Positions 37,393 to 64,000 of a stretch of DNA of 64,000 bases are shown piece by piece. Below the pieces are notes generated by a model, which did not search any database, was not told where the DNA came from, and saw only the letters and a list, made by a program, of their open reading frames with translations. The stretch comes from Amoebidium appalachense (taxonomy: Eukaryota > Protista > Ichthyosporea). The stretch lies in contig CAVNZM010000012.1 of assembly GCA_963693365.1 (NCBI GenBank), forward strand, positions 5,282,889-5,346,888, in the 5' to 3' direction. Numbering within the stretch: position 1 is the stretch's first letter; each line of letters opens with the position of its first letter. Made by a program: the position numbers and the translations under genes.

Positions 37393-39646
37393 TTCTCCCC
37401 CCAACTGTCCCGACAGCCCCTGTCAATATTTCTGTGCTGCTTCTCTCTGTTGGCTGAACGTCTGTGTGTTGACATTTCTCCCGGTTCTTCCATATGGAAT
37501 CACACAAGTAAAAAAAAAAGGGAAATTGCCCACATATTGGTAAAGCCAATTATTACTCTGGCGCCAGTATGCCTTGATAACATTTTGACCTCATGTCACT
37601 AAATTGCAAGGGTAAACTTTATGCTTGAAGGAAAAGAGCACGTGCGAAAAGTTAAAGATGACAGCGGAAGGGGGTGGGGAGGGGGGGGGGGGGGGGGTGT
37701 TGATGTTGCTGCTATTTTTCCACTTCTGATCCCTTTTCCGCTTCAGGGGGTTTCCTCCCAGCAACGAATCGCTTGCCGTATCCGTGGAAAGGTGCCACCC
37801 CCTTCCCCCCACCCCATGCTTTTCGTGTTTTTCATGTCTCTGCTTTCGTTTTTGGAGCCCTAAAAATCAGCCCCCCTCTCCCCTTCCCCCCTCCTCCCTC
37901 CCCACCCTCCCCCCCCCCCACTCCGGCGGAAATGGCCTCTGCTTATGATTCATAATATTTTGTGTGTGCTTTGCATAGATTGTGTTGTGTTGTCCGTCGT
38001 GGTTATGTACCCCGCACTCTGTAACCCACTTTAGCCCTCCCCCCCCCAACCACCCCACCACCTTCTTTCTCCGCCTCTCTCTCTCCCCCCCCCTTCCCCC
38101 CCCCCCCCCCCCTTTTTCTACAGCACTTCTCTCTCCGGCTCTGCTTCGTGTGACTCGTACAACAAGCATGACAAAGCATACACCAATGGTATATAGAATC
38201 CGCCCCCTCCCGTCCTTCCCTGTGCCCCCCCCCAGAGGATGGGCTCTACTTATGGTGCACTTTGTACTCTTATGACACATTCTAACCCCCCTCTCCCCCC
38301 ACCTCCCCCCCCCCCCCCCCCCCCCCCTTCCCCCACCCCAAAACAGATGTTGGAGCACGTGCACAGTGACGTGACCATGTACCCTGTGTGTGTGGACGGG
38401 GAGCAGATGACCCTCGTGTTTGCATGGTGCAACACCGACCCACCACCAGCATCCAGTAAGAGTTCACCTTCTCCCCCCCCCCCCCCTCCTCCCCCCCCCT
38501 CCCCCCTCCCCCCCCCCCACCTCCTCCCCCTCCCCCTTCCTCAACCCCCCACCCCACCCCAGCCCTCCCCCCACTCCCCCTCAACACAGCCAGCACACAA
38601 ACACACGGAAGTTGTCATCACCACCATCCCTCTTCCTCTTTTCCAGCTCTTCTGACCGTCTAATGTGTAATTATAATTATATTATCACACTCGTGCCTTT
38701 CCTTCTGTATAAGGCATCGAATGATGCTTCATGGTTGTCTATGGCCGTTGTGGTACTGGCCGGCCGGGAATTTTGGTTTTTTTTGTTGGGGGTGGGGGGG
38801 TGGGGAGTGGGCAAGGATTGCGTAAATTGGACTGGAGGAAATGCCACCCCTCCCCTCCTCTCCCTCCCCTCCCCCAACATTTGTTGAAGCTCAAAGCTAA
38901 ACAGTCTCTTCCATCTCCCCCGCCCTCCCCTCCCGTCCCCTCCCCCCCCTCCCCACACACACCTAAGGTCGTCTTTGCCTCTCACCTGAGCGCCCAACCT
39001 TGACAACCACACACACACCACCTTACACCCACGCTCACCGAACCCCTCCCCTCCCCCTCCCCCCGCCCCTCTCCCCCCTCGCCCACCCCCCTCCCCTTTC
39101 TCCCCCCCCCCCCTCTCCCCCCACACACACATGCATATAGACCCCGTGGGATTGAATGATACGCCCTCAACTACGCCGCTTCTCCCCCGGCCACCCACCA
39201 GCAAGGGATGGTGCATCCACACCCCAGACGGCAGTATCACAGATGTCTACTCGTCAACAAACACAAAAGGTACCGTCCCCCTTCCAGCACCCCCTCCCCC
39301 CCCCCCCTCCCCCCCCCCCCCCTCTCCCCCCCCCCCCCCCTCTCTCCGTTTCTCTCATTTTTTGCCCCCAAGTCGACTCTCTCTCTCTCTCTCCTCTCTC
39401 CCTTTCCCCCTCAGCTCCCTCCCCCTTTCTGCATATACACTGTTATACACTATATATTCCTTGCCTCAACCGATCTACCTATTCCACATGCCACATATAC
39501 CCTTTTTTCCGACCTGTTATCTGCTCTGCTCTTACCATCACTCCACCTTTACCTCCCCTTTCCTTGCTATGTTTTCTCTTAAGGTTTTCCAACAACTCAT
39601 GGTTAACCTTACCCTCCGTCCCCCCCTCCTCTCCCCCCCCCCTCCA

Positions 39647-39707
<61 letters not shown>

Positions 39708-39749
39708 ACGCCCCTCTCCTCCCTCCCTTCTCCTTCCCCTCCCCCCCCC

Positions 39750-39793
<44 letters not shown>

Positions 39794-40078
39794 GCATCAA
39801 CAAGAAAACGGATGCAGTGGAGTTCTGCCTATCCACCATTAGTCTAGAGTGTGGAGACACTCAGCCCATGCCATCCCGGGCATCCGAGTGCAGACTACTC
39901 GAAGACAAGCCCTTTGGTGTTTGGTGATGTCGAGCAGATACGGTCTTTGTGTGAGAAGGCAGCAAGGAGGGCCGGGTACGTGTGTGTGGGGGGGGGGGGA
40001 GGGTGAGGGAGGGAGGAAAGGGAGGGAAGGGGGTGGCTGGGTGGCTGGGTGGCTGGGTGTGTGTGTTGGTGGGTGTGG

Positions 40079-40133
<55 letters not shown>

Positions 40134-40682
40134 CGTGTGTGTTTGCGTGTTTTTGTGTTTCATTCTGCATTGAACCAACAGTGCACGCTAACCACACAGA
40201 AGCATAGCTTAACATTCACACCCAAGCTTTTTTTTACCAAAGATCAAGCCGCGCGCAGAGCTTTCATTGACAATGACCCCAATCTCCCTCTCCTCCGTCT
40301 CCTCCCTCCCCCCCTCCCCCCCCCCCCCCCCCCCCTCTCCCTCCCCCTCTCTTCCCCACCCCCGCCCTCCCTCTTCCCCGTCTCCTCCCCCCCCCCCCCC
40401 ACACACACACACACACACACCCACAGAGAAGATGAGCTTAGTGAAGGTCCCTGGATCACGCAGGACGAAGCATCCGCATTAAACTACGGTAGCGTCCCCC
40501 GCCCCTCCCCCTCCCCCCTCCCCCCTGGCTACCGCCGCCCCGTGCAACCTGCGTGCACCCATCCTTGCTTCTCCAAACGCTTATCTCAGGCTCCCTGCGC
40601 CTGAAAATGTGTCCCGTCCCGATTTCTCCCTTTCTTCCTACACACCCACCCACCCGAGGCTACAGGGTTCGGTCCAATCCGT

Positions 40683-40722
<40 letters not shown>

Positions 40723-41979
40723 GGGGGAGGGGAGGGGGGGGGGAGGGAGATTATTGGTGCTGGGTGAACGGGACTAAACTTTTAGACCTGGTTTTATGGG
40801 TCATATATCATGCACTGCAAGCGTGGTTTGCTGATTTCTGACATGCAACCAACCCCTTCCCCCCTTGCAGCGGTCAAATGGATAGACGAAGCAACTGGCC
40901 AATCATACGCGCTCTTTGTAGATCCGTCACCAGGCAACAGCCAATCACGTGCCAACAACCAACAACCATCCCGCGAGGCGTCGGAGCCACAAGGCTACCT
41001 GGGCCTTCTCGAACCTTCCCAGGGCTCCGCCAATGTGTCACACGCACGTGACCTCCTGCCCAAAAAAGGAGATTCTCGCAGCCGCGACGAGATGACTGGA
41101 TTTCGTAACGGTGCAGGGGAAGACGCTATTTGCGCCAAAGGTACGGCAAAACCATCTGAAAAAGGCGATGTCACGAATGGGAAAGAGGGCCGGGCGGAAA
41201 AGCCTTCAAACGACGAGGGTGGTCTGGACACTGCGGGCGTCACGCCGAACCCAACCGATATGCGGAAAAAGAAGCAACGGGAAGATACCAGAACGAGCCA
41301 GGGGATTGCCGTGGCTCATCACAAACGGTTGCTTCTGTCCATCGACGTGAACTCGGGCCCGAATACCTTTGCCGGCCTGTGCGCCGAGGCGACCAATCGC
41401 AACGAGTTGTTTGACCGCGCCCTGCCTTCCTATTCGGTGCAAATCACACCACGCAACCAACCGTTTTTCCCCGAATACAACGACCTAAACGAAGCTTTCT
41501 TTCATCCCGGCGGCCCGCAACCTGCACAGGGCGTTGAAATCCCCCCGCCACGGTCTAATTTGAGGATTTCAAACGAATATTCGCTGAACGTGTCGATTTC
41601 GACCTCCAACCAGAGTTTCAGTTTTTCGAGTCTTTCGAGCGCCGACCTGGCCCAACTCCTACGGCAGCATATCACGGCCACCAATGAGTTTGCAGCGGCC
41701 AACGCAAGATCGAATTTGGGATTAACCCCGCACCCGATAAGCGGAAATCTAGGACTACCGATCGGATCGCACGAACAGCCCACACGTATAACGTCGGCGG
41801 CACCCAGTGCGAGGTTTCTGCTGCCGCGATCGATCGCAAATGCACAGACACGTCCGATCGCAGATTCGATCTTGTCCGATTGCGTAATCGATACTCAGAC
41901 ACGGCAAGTGGTACCGGCATCTAAGGCACTCGGCGGTGTGTCGGATGGTGCTCTGTCAAGGAGTGGCACGTGTTCGTGA
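35566..41979 (+). pseudogene. PAS-PAS gene copy 3 (in-frame TGA at 36929-36931; PAS-B/PAC exons 7-9 deleted at ~39456; 2-bp deletion in exon 10; last exon 40871-41979 intact)
   Basis: The junction tgttatacactatatat|tccttgcctcaacc joins copy-1 positions ~8475 and ~9653. The 389-aa ORF 40810-41979 covers the intact terminal exon. Confidence 0.85.
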
Positions 41980-42007
41980 AACTTTCGGTTTTCAGTTTTT
42001 TTTGTGT

Positions 42008-42042
<35 letters not shown>

Positions 42043-42143
42043 GCGCTTGTTTGTTTTTAGTGTGCGAAGGTCTTTGTTTGTTATCATATTTCCTGCTGCA
42101 TGCCTTGTTTGCCCACTCAATCATTTTCTTTTTTGTATCTTTC

Positions 42144-42181
<38 letters not shown>

Positions 42182-43058
42182 CCCAGGCATCTAAGTTTTG
42201 TGCCCGTATGCTCAATTCATTGTTGTTGCTGTGTTCTCTACTTGCCATATACGGTATCATTGTTTTCAGTGCGTAAACCCCTTTCAGTTATAATCATTAT
42301 CCGCGAAACAGGGTATTTAACTCTGAGAGGAAAAGGAAAGAAATAAAGAGAGGTGGGGGTGGCCGTGGGGGAAGCGAGGAGCAATAGCCACGAGGGCTTA
42401 AAGGAGGGGCCGGGAGGGGGTGGGCGACGGTGCGCCCGGCTGCGGGGGTGGGGCGCGGCTGTGCATATGCATGGTGGGGGTACGGTGGGGTGGGGGGAGG
42501 GGGCCACGTGAGTGAGGGGGGGTGGCCTAGGGGGGGAGAGGGGGCGGGGGGACAGCGGGCACAATGGAGGGAGCTGGTGGAGGGTCAGGGAGGAGGAAAG
42601 AGGGAGAAAGAGAGCGACAAGAGAGAGAGGTCGGAAAGGGAGGAGGGCCGGGGGAAAAGAGAAGCAGACGTCGGATATAAAGCCTTGAAGAGAGAGACTG
42701 AGAGAGTGAGATCTCTAGAAAGAGAGAGAAGAAGAAGGGTCGGGGAGAGAAGGGAAGGGAGGGGAACAGAGAGAGAGAGAGAGATGGGAGGGGGGGAGTG
42801 GGGGAGAGATCTCACTCTCTCAAGTAAAACTAACTAAAGGCCAGACAAGAATATATTTTGGCAGTAATGCACTAGATATCCTATTAATCTTACTATATAG
42901 TATAGCACTGGGATTCTAGGGATACGTCTTATAGTCTTTGTCCACATTGGCAGGAGTTATAAATGCGCAAATCTCACTCTCCTGCATGTTGTATCCATTT
43001 GCATTTGCGCAGTATCTCAGACAGGCTGAGGTATCCACCCCCCCCCCCCCCCCCCCCC

Positions 43059-43321
43059 GGCCTTTCCCACTGCCCTTGCCTGCATAAGCAACCCTGCTCG
43101 TCTCTGATCAAGACGGGTGACCTACTCATGTTCAAGTGAAACAGTATCTGAGTTGGGTTTCGTTAACGAGGGGAATAGGTCGAAACTCGGGTACTGTGGA
43201 TGACGTGGGCCCCCCCTGAGGATGGGCTCTGCTTATTATGCATACTCTTTATGTATGGCTTGCATTCTGCATCGTGTTATCCGTTTGTTCTTGTGTACTT
43301 CGTACTTTTTGACGCATTCAA

Positions 43322-43323
<2 letters not shown>
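43059..43323 (+). mobile_element. 5'-truncated copy of the poly-C-inserted element
   Basis: Near-identical to 6817-7080, sits between C-runs, and is absent at the orthologous site in copy 2 (~29880-29905). Confidence 0.7.
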
Positions 43324-43366
<43 letters not shown>

Positions 43367-43731
43367 AAAAAAGAAAGAAAGGAAGGAAGAAAGAAGGTGA
43401 TGTAATACCCCTGATCAATGACGTCATATATACACGTCATATATACACATGTATATGTACATCTGACAATCACCGCTCGAAACGATACAGTATGCACAAC
43501 CTTGAATACATGTATCTTACGTTTCCTTCAGCCTCCGTACCTGACCGCCTACCACACTCAAACTGTTATTTTTCTGCCCCAACCCTCCTTAAAGCTAACC
43601 TTTTCACCCGCGCCTGAGCTGTGCCCCGCCACCCCGTCATTATTCCGGCCAGTGACGTCACCAACAGCCAATGGGGTGTCCTTGTTGTTGCTCTGTGGCC
43701 CTGCCTGTTGCTTTGAGGTGAACTGTTGGTA

Positions 43732-44694
43732 TCACCGCCAATTTTTTGGGTCGCATAGGGGATGATGTGGTTGGGAATGTTCGTTGGCAGCGGTATGCGT
43801 AACACCATTGGGGCCTTCGTTTTTGGTTGCTATCGTGTGGTTGAGGATGGTTGGCGGCAGAGGGAGTTCGTACCCGTAGTCGGTCGGGCAGAAGTTTGTT
43901 GGGGGCAGAGGGCCGCGTGGTTCGTTTTGCTGCGCCCATACAGCCAATACTTCTCGATCGTATGCCCGGCCTCCCTCGGTGATTGATGCAAAATTACCTA
44001 TATATTTATGCTGCAAGTTGCTTAAAAAAGTTCTACCCCATCGGTGCACTTGGTAGGGTTTGGATAAACGGTATGCGCATGTATAGAAGGTGACACCTAT
44101 GCAACCCTCCTGCTCTGCTTCCGCTCTACTCATGTAATCGCTACGAAGAAAAAAGTTTAGGCGCAGGAGTTTCTCTCGTTTTGGAATGTCCAGAGCACGT
44201 ATCACATCGTCCCTTGCAAGTGCCGCTTCCACTTCTGTCGCGTAGCTCCCGCCGTAATGACAAACACCATCCTTCTGATACGCCGCTATCCAAGGCTTTT
44301 GGATGTAACTAATATTGTAGCTTAAGCCCTTGTACACTGACGATTTCGTCTTTGTTGCTTTCTTTGCCCACCACTCCTCTGCCCAATCCAAATCATCGGC
44401 TGTCGGTTTGAATTTACGCAAATTCCGGAGGCTAACATTTTTAGAATCCAGGTATCGGTGAGCCAACACCCCCTTCTGCACCAACAAATCAATGGCCAAA
44501 TCCCGCTGCCGTGCAGCCGTGCGACTGTTGTCGTAGCAACCGACATGCATGCTGCCTATCTTTGCATACCATTTGCCCGCTTTACCACTCCAATATACTC
44601 CCCGGTAGTGTTGGCCTGTGTCTTTCACATTTCGGGTCGCAAATGGGCGAACGGGCCCAAAGAGTGTCTGCCAGCCGCGCGATCTTCCCTGCAT
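43732..44694 (-). CDS. Triple AP2/ERF-domain DNA-binding protein, copy 3 (320 aa, intact)
   Basis: Same three AP2-like repeats as 13587-14546 in an uninterrupted ORF. Confidence 0.85.
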   Translation of the reverse strand: MQGRSRGWQTLFGPVRPFATRNVKDTGQHYRGVYWSGKAGKWYAKIGSMHVGCYDNSRTAARQRDLAIDLLVQKGVLAHRYLDSKNVSLRNLRKFKPTADDLDWAEEWWAKKATKTKSSVYKGLSYNISYIQKPWIAAYQKDGVCHYGGSYATEVEAALARDDVIRALDIPKREKLLRLNFFLRSDYMSRAEAEQEGCIGVTFYTCAYRLSKPYQVHRWGRTFLSNLQHKYIGNFASITEGGRAYDREVLAVWAQQNEPRGPLPPTNFCPTDYGYELPLPPTILNHTIATKNEGPNGVTHTAANEHSQPHHPLCDPKNWR

Positions 44695-44767
44695 AGCGTT
44701 TTACATCAGAGATGAGAAAAAGTACAGATGTTTATTCTCTTTATTTTAGACTTTAAAAAGGCATCGT

Positions 44768-50770
<6,003 letters not shown>

Positions 50771-51686
50771 GGAGCAGTGTACACAACAGACATCAATGTT
50801 TAGACACGACTGAACTCAATTTATTTTGATCTCGAATAAATACCTGAAATTCCCTTAAGTTAAATCCATACATGATTTCCGACTCAGTCGGAAATCAGAT
50901 CTGTCTCTAATAGAAACCAATCACTAAGAACCAATTGCTTTCAGAGAGATCTGGTACGCGAAGACGTACACGATAGGACACAGGCACTAGTTAAGATCAA
51001 CTCGTGTCATTATCAAGGAAGTTCTAACCTATGATACACTGCAAAGACTCAGACATACCACACTTAACCTTGATGATTGGTTAAAGCTCGGCAACACATG
51101 AAAACTAAAGCAAAATAATGAAGTCTGATCACACATGTCAACCTAAGTGTAGCCTAAGTGTGTTACCATCCCGGGCAATCAACACACATTAATTGAACAC
51201 AAATCTACCTAACATATATTAGTAGAAAAGAAATACGATTATACACATGAAGACAAGGAGAGAATGAAAAGAAAATAAGGAAGGAGAAAGAGAAAGGAGA
51301 AGAGAGCACAGATCAACAAACAAGATAGCCTAGTAATAGTATAACTATAACCAGAGATATTTATGTACACACGAACATGTACACGTCTCTCCCTGAGTGG
51401 GTGGATCCGTATACACACATATAAATATTCTAATTGATATTACAATACACGATTAAAGCCGATACAACACGATTACAAGTATACAAGCATATTGGAGATC
51501 GATGCTACACTTTACATAATAGGAGTGCCAGTGGCATTTATACTAAGCATATGAACTGAAACATAACACAAACTGAGAAGATCTTACAATATGTAAATAC
51601 TACGTATTACAACACCTCAGGGTCGTTACTGGGTGGTGGGTCAATCACATGGCACTCCGTCAACACGCATGTCCTCGAGCTGCTCC
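50771..51686. mobile_element. AT-rich, microsatellite-free non-coding segment terminating the array; probable TE fragment
   Basis: Abrupt compositional switch at the end of repeat homology. Short inverted ends GGAGCAG...CTGCTCC and an 11-bp-arm palindrome gatttccgact-c-agtcggaaatc at ~50874-50896. No ORF and no TSD found. Confidence 0.3.
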
Positions 51687-51688
51687 CG

Positions 51689-51723
<35 letters not shown>

Positions 51724-51929
51724 GTATATGTCATTCCCTCCCTCGTGCAATTTGTATAGGATATGGTTGCTGGAAGCCTCGACGTAACCCTTTACAAGTA
51801 TAACGACTACTAAGGGATACATTGAGAACCAAAATACATTATTGTGCATACACACCCGGGCCCACACCTACATGTGCGCACATACAGAGAGATGGGGGGG
51901 AATGGAGAGGTGGGAGAACAGGCGTTTTT

Positions 51930-51976
<47 letters not shown>

Positions 51977-52220
51977 CGGGATGGTGATCAACGACATATA
52001 TACACAATGTTTATACATATATATAGCACACACACACACACACACTGATGCACACTACCACCCACACACACAGAACACGATGCACCAAAGTAACCAAGTG
52101 AGTGAGAAGAGAGATCAGCAAACAGCAAATTAGTTTATGATAGAACTTAAGGCAAGGTGGATGGGAAGCTGTGTGTGTCTGTGTGTGTGTGTGTGTGTGT
52201 TTTCTTTTCTTTTTCTTTTT

Positions 52221-52251
<31 letters not shown>

Positions 52252-52500
52252 GGGGTACCAGTGTCGTGGAATTGGTTATGTCGGAATGTCGAGGTTGGCA
52301 GTCATGTACCAGCACCGAACAATCTTGCGGTCAGCCATGTGCGAGCTGCTGCTTGCTAGAAGACTCACCCGAGTGCACCATCTCCCACCTGCACGGGGAA
52401 AGTGAAGCGTGACCAGTGAGAAGGAGGAAAAGTGAGAGGCAGTTTGAAACAGGAAATAAGGGGAATAACCTGGTCCATTATGTTATAGCTGAAAAGTTTT

Positions 52501-52542
<42 letters not shown>

Positions 52543-53117
52543 AACAAAACGCCCATGAGGTAACACGAAAACATCAAAAGGACAGAATCTTACATTGTCA
52601 TACCTACAGCAGCACTCTAAACTTTCGATGGAAGCAAGTGGTTACCGACTAACCTCGGATGTGTCAGTGGGGTACGTTGCGTGCAACGTGTAGGAGTGGG
52701 CGCTACAAGACCTTATCACACAGGTAAAAAAATGAGAAAGGAATGTAAGTTACTATATTTGGGAAAATACAAACGAGATTTGATTGGATGACATATATAG
52801 ATTTTGACACAAACGACAAGAGCTAAGATGTACACGTGCTATACAGTGGAGATCTAATAAGTATAAGGTGGCATCATTTGCATGCCCAAACAACACACAC
52901 ACACACCAGTTTAACCGGTCATGTATCGCCAAATGTAGTCTGATAGACCACATAATACCGCAACACACACACGTCACATTCACAACAGACACCCAGAAAG
53001 ATAGCCTACCTGTAAATTACAACATCCTTGATTTTATACTAAACACGCGTAACTACGACCTGTTTATTAGATGTATTGATTGGCTTGAGAAACACATCAC
53101 TACAAAATTATAGCGCA

Positions 53118-53208
<91 letters not shown>

Positions 53209-53240
53209 CCAGCTGATACCGAGTGTCCCAAGGGGAGCCC

Positions 53241-53276
<36 letters not shown>

Positions 53277-54607
53277 GGGGAACCCCAACTAATTGATCTC
53301 TCCTTGTAGTCTTTATGGTGTCTCGTAGAGAAAGTAAACCCTGATATATAGTCACCACCCGACATCTATGTACGTGATCATGATATACCGCTGAGGGGAT
53401 ATTCCGAGCAAAACCCCCCCCCATACCTGAGACTGGTTCTCTTTGTCTCGAGTAAACAGCGTAAACCCCTATGTCGATACGTACACAGATCTAAGTTATC
53501 GGTGTACACGGAAACAGAAAGAAAAGAAAGAAAGGAAGAAAGGAAAAGGAAACAAACTACAACTAACTAATAAACAAATACAAGACTCAACTTCTAAGTC
53601 TTGCTGAGAATCAAGTGAAGATGACACCACCACCCACCCACCCACCCACCCATGTACACGTCCGTGCATGTCTACGTGTGGCAGGCCCTCACTAAACACA
53701 TTGCATGCTGCGCAGACCCACAAAGTGTTGTTTGTCGGTCCCCTACAGGCACATGCATTGAGCACGCAGGCTTGAACAACCTGGCTACGATATCATGCAT
53801 GCTTCTCGCTCAATACAACATTAACTGCGGAAAATGATGAGGGTTACGGTTACGGTACAACTGTCACGGGTCTATGCATGAATGTAACTACACTGTCCTT
53901 TTGCCTGCATGCATGCAGACAAGCAACAAAATTATTCTGCAAAAAACAGAAATATCCTGCTTTTAGCAGAATTATATAAACTAGCAGAGCTGCTTTTTGC
54001 AGAATTAATCAAAGAGAATTACTCTGCTAGGCCTTTCAGCAGCATGATTCTGGAAAATTATTCTGCAAATATCAAAAAATTCGTTATTCTTCTGCTTTGA
54101 GCAAATCATTTGCGGCAGAATTATACTGCTCACAGCAGCAGCTCCGTGCAGAATAAATCTGCTTTCACCAGAAAAAAATTGCCCCATGAGGCACAAAAAA
54201 AAAATCTGCGGCTACTTTTATTTTTGTCCGTGCTACCGAGTGTCCTCCCCTACCAGCAGGGAGGCATCAGCACCGGGGCCAGCCCGTTGCATGCATTGTT
54301 CAATTGTGTTTCTTTAAGTGTGCATACCATCATATTGCCTATTTTGGCAATACACTCCAAGTCTCAATCGCATTCCAATCTCAATCGCAACTGCACCTAA
54401 AGGTTCATGCCCAAATATGGTAAAGGTTAAAATACCACTGATCAACCAAAACCAAACATCAAAAAGGACACACGCTGAGAAATCAACGTTTTCTTAACTC
54501 AATTCAGTGAATCACATTCGGGCCCCCACGCCATATTGCGCCAAACTTGTATATGTGCTGCTACAGACAAGTAGGCAGACGAGCATACTATAAACAACTC
54601 CAGCCGC

Positions 54608-54654
<47 letters not shown>

Positions 54655-55154
54655 CGCGTTCGTGAGTGGTGCGTGTGTTTGTGTGTGAATGTGTATGTAT
54701 ATGTGTGTGCCCGCGTGCAAGTGCGCATGTGGGTGTGTGTGCAGGAAGGCTAAGTGTGGGGCATAAGTCCCAATTGGCAGGGAGCAGATGCATCGAATCA
54801 CACCAAAAGACTCCTTGGAATTACGGACCATGCTGTACCACCCTACACAATTCGAAAGGATACATGGAAACAAAACAAAAAAAGAAGAAAAAGGAAAAAA
54901 CCCAAGAGCCAGAATCGGTATGTGGGCACACCCAACCGCAGCAAACAAGCAACAGCTATGTAACCTACGTCACCACCACCCGCACACACACCCAGTGGCA
55001 TGGTACTTATTCATATGAATCAGGTGATAAGACGACCCAAAAAAAGGGGGAAGGGAAAAAAAAAAAAAAAAAAAAAAAAAGGGGGGCGAGTAAGGTTCGC
55101 AAGTGAACACCATGAAGCAAGAGGGCAGAACCCGGGTTTTTCTGATCAAGATTA

Positions 55155-63654
<8,500 letters not shown>

Positions 63655-64000
63655 CTGGGGGAAAGAGGAAAATTGAGTTCAGTTAGTTGAGAGTCAACAC
63701 CACAAAAAGTAACAGTCGGTTTGGCTAACAGGTTGGTGTATGAGCACAAAATTCTGCGTTTACATGCCCCATTCGTCATTCAATATTCCCCCCCCCCCAC
63801 CCCCTTCCTCCCGCTTTCCCTCCAATCCTTCCCTCCACCTCTCTCTCTCTCTCTCCACCCCCTCCATTTCTACACCTTCTCTCCCCACGCCCCCCCCCCC
63901 CCCCCCCCCCTCCCCCTTCCCCCTCCCCCTCCCACACACACCTACACATATCCGGCAATTTCCGACACCAAAAGTGCCGAGGGGATCGCTAGGTGTAAAG

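Larger units (their letters stand above)
31350..44767. repeat. Tandem segmental repeat unit, copy 3
   Basis: Colinear with copy 1. It lacks the equivalents of 6675-7080 and ~8470-9650, and has an extra insertion at 43059-43323. Confidence 0.95.

Noticed and set aside
50779-51616. Solo LTR (TGT...ACA)
   Set aside because: No target-site duplication, PBS/PPT or second LTR is visible. Kept only as a generic low-confidence TE fragment.

Overview
Eukaryotic, intron-rich, microsatellite- and homopolymer-rich genomic DNA. The ISY1 protein looks animal/holozoan-like, so a unicellular holozoan is plausible, but that is inference only. Positions 1-50770 are a head-to-tail tandem array of about four copies of a ~14-15 kb unit (<1-14619, 15947-31349, 31350-44767, and a partial copy at 44768-50770). 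Each complete unit carries two genes. (i) A plus-strand 12-exon gene for a ~707-aa tandem PAS-A/PAS-B/PAC protein without a recognisable bHLH, broken in every copy here. (ii) A minus-strand ORF with three AP2/ERF-like DNA-binding domains, intact in two of three copies, whose differences are almost all amino-acid-changing and concentrated in the predicted DNA-reading beta-strands. Copy-specific insertions include a PIF/Harbinger transposon (TIRs, TAA TSD, Myb/SANT gene, truncated transposase), a poly-C-targeting 5'-truncated retro-like element with a predicted RNA pseudoknot, a (TG)n-flanked 323-bp direct plus inverted repeat insertion with a 25-bp target duplication, and an AT-rich insertion containing a degenerate hammerhead-like motif. 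The last ~9 kb hold an 11-exon ISY1 splicing-factor gene on the minus strand; its ATG exon was not found. Most ORFs in the supplied track are microsatellite artefacts.
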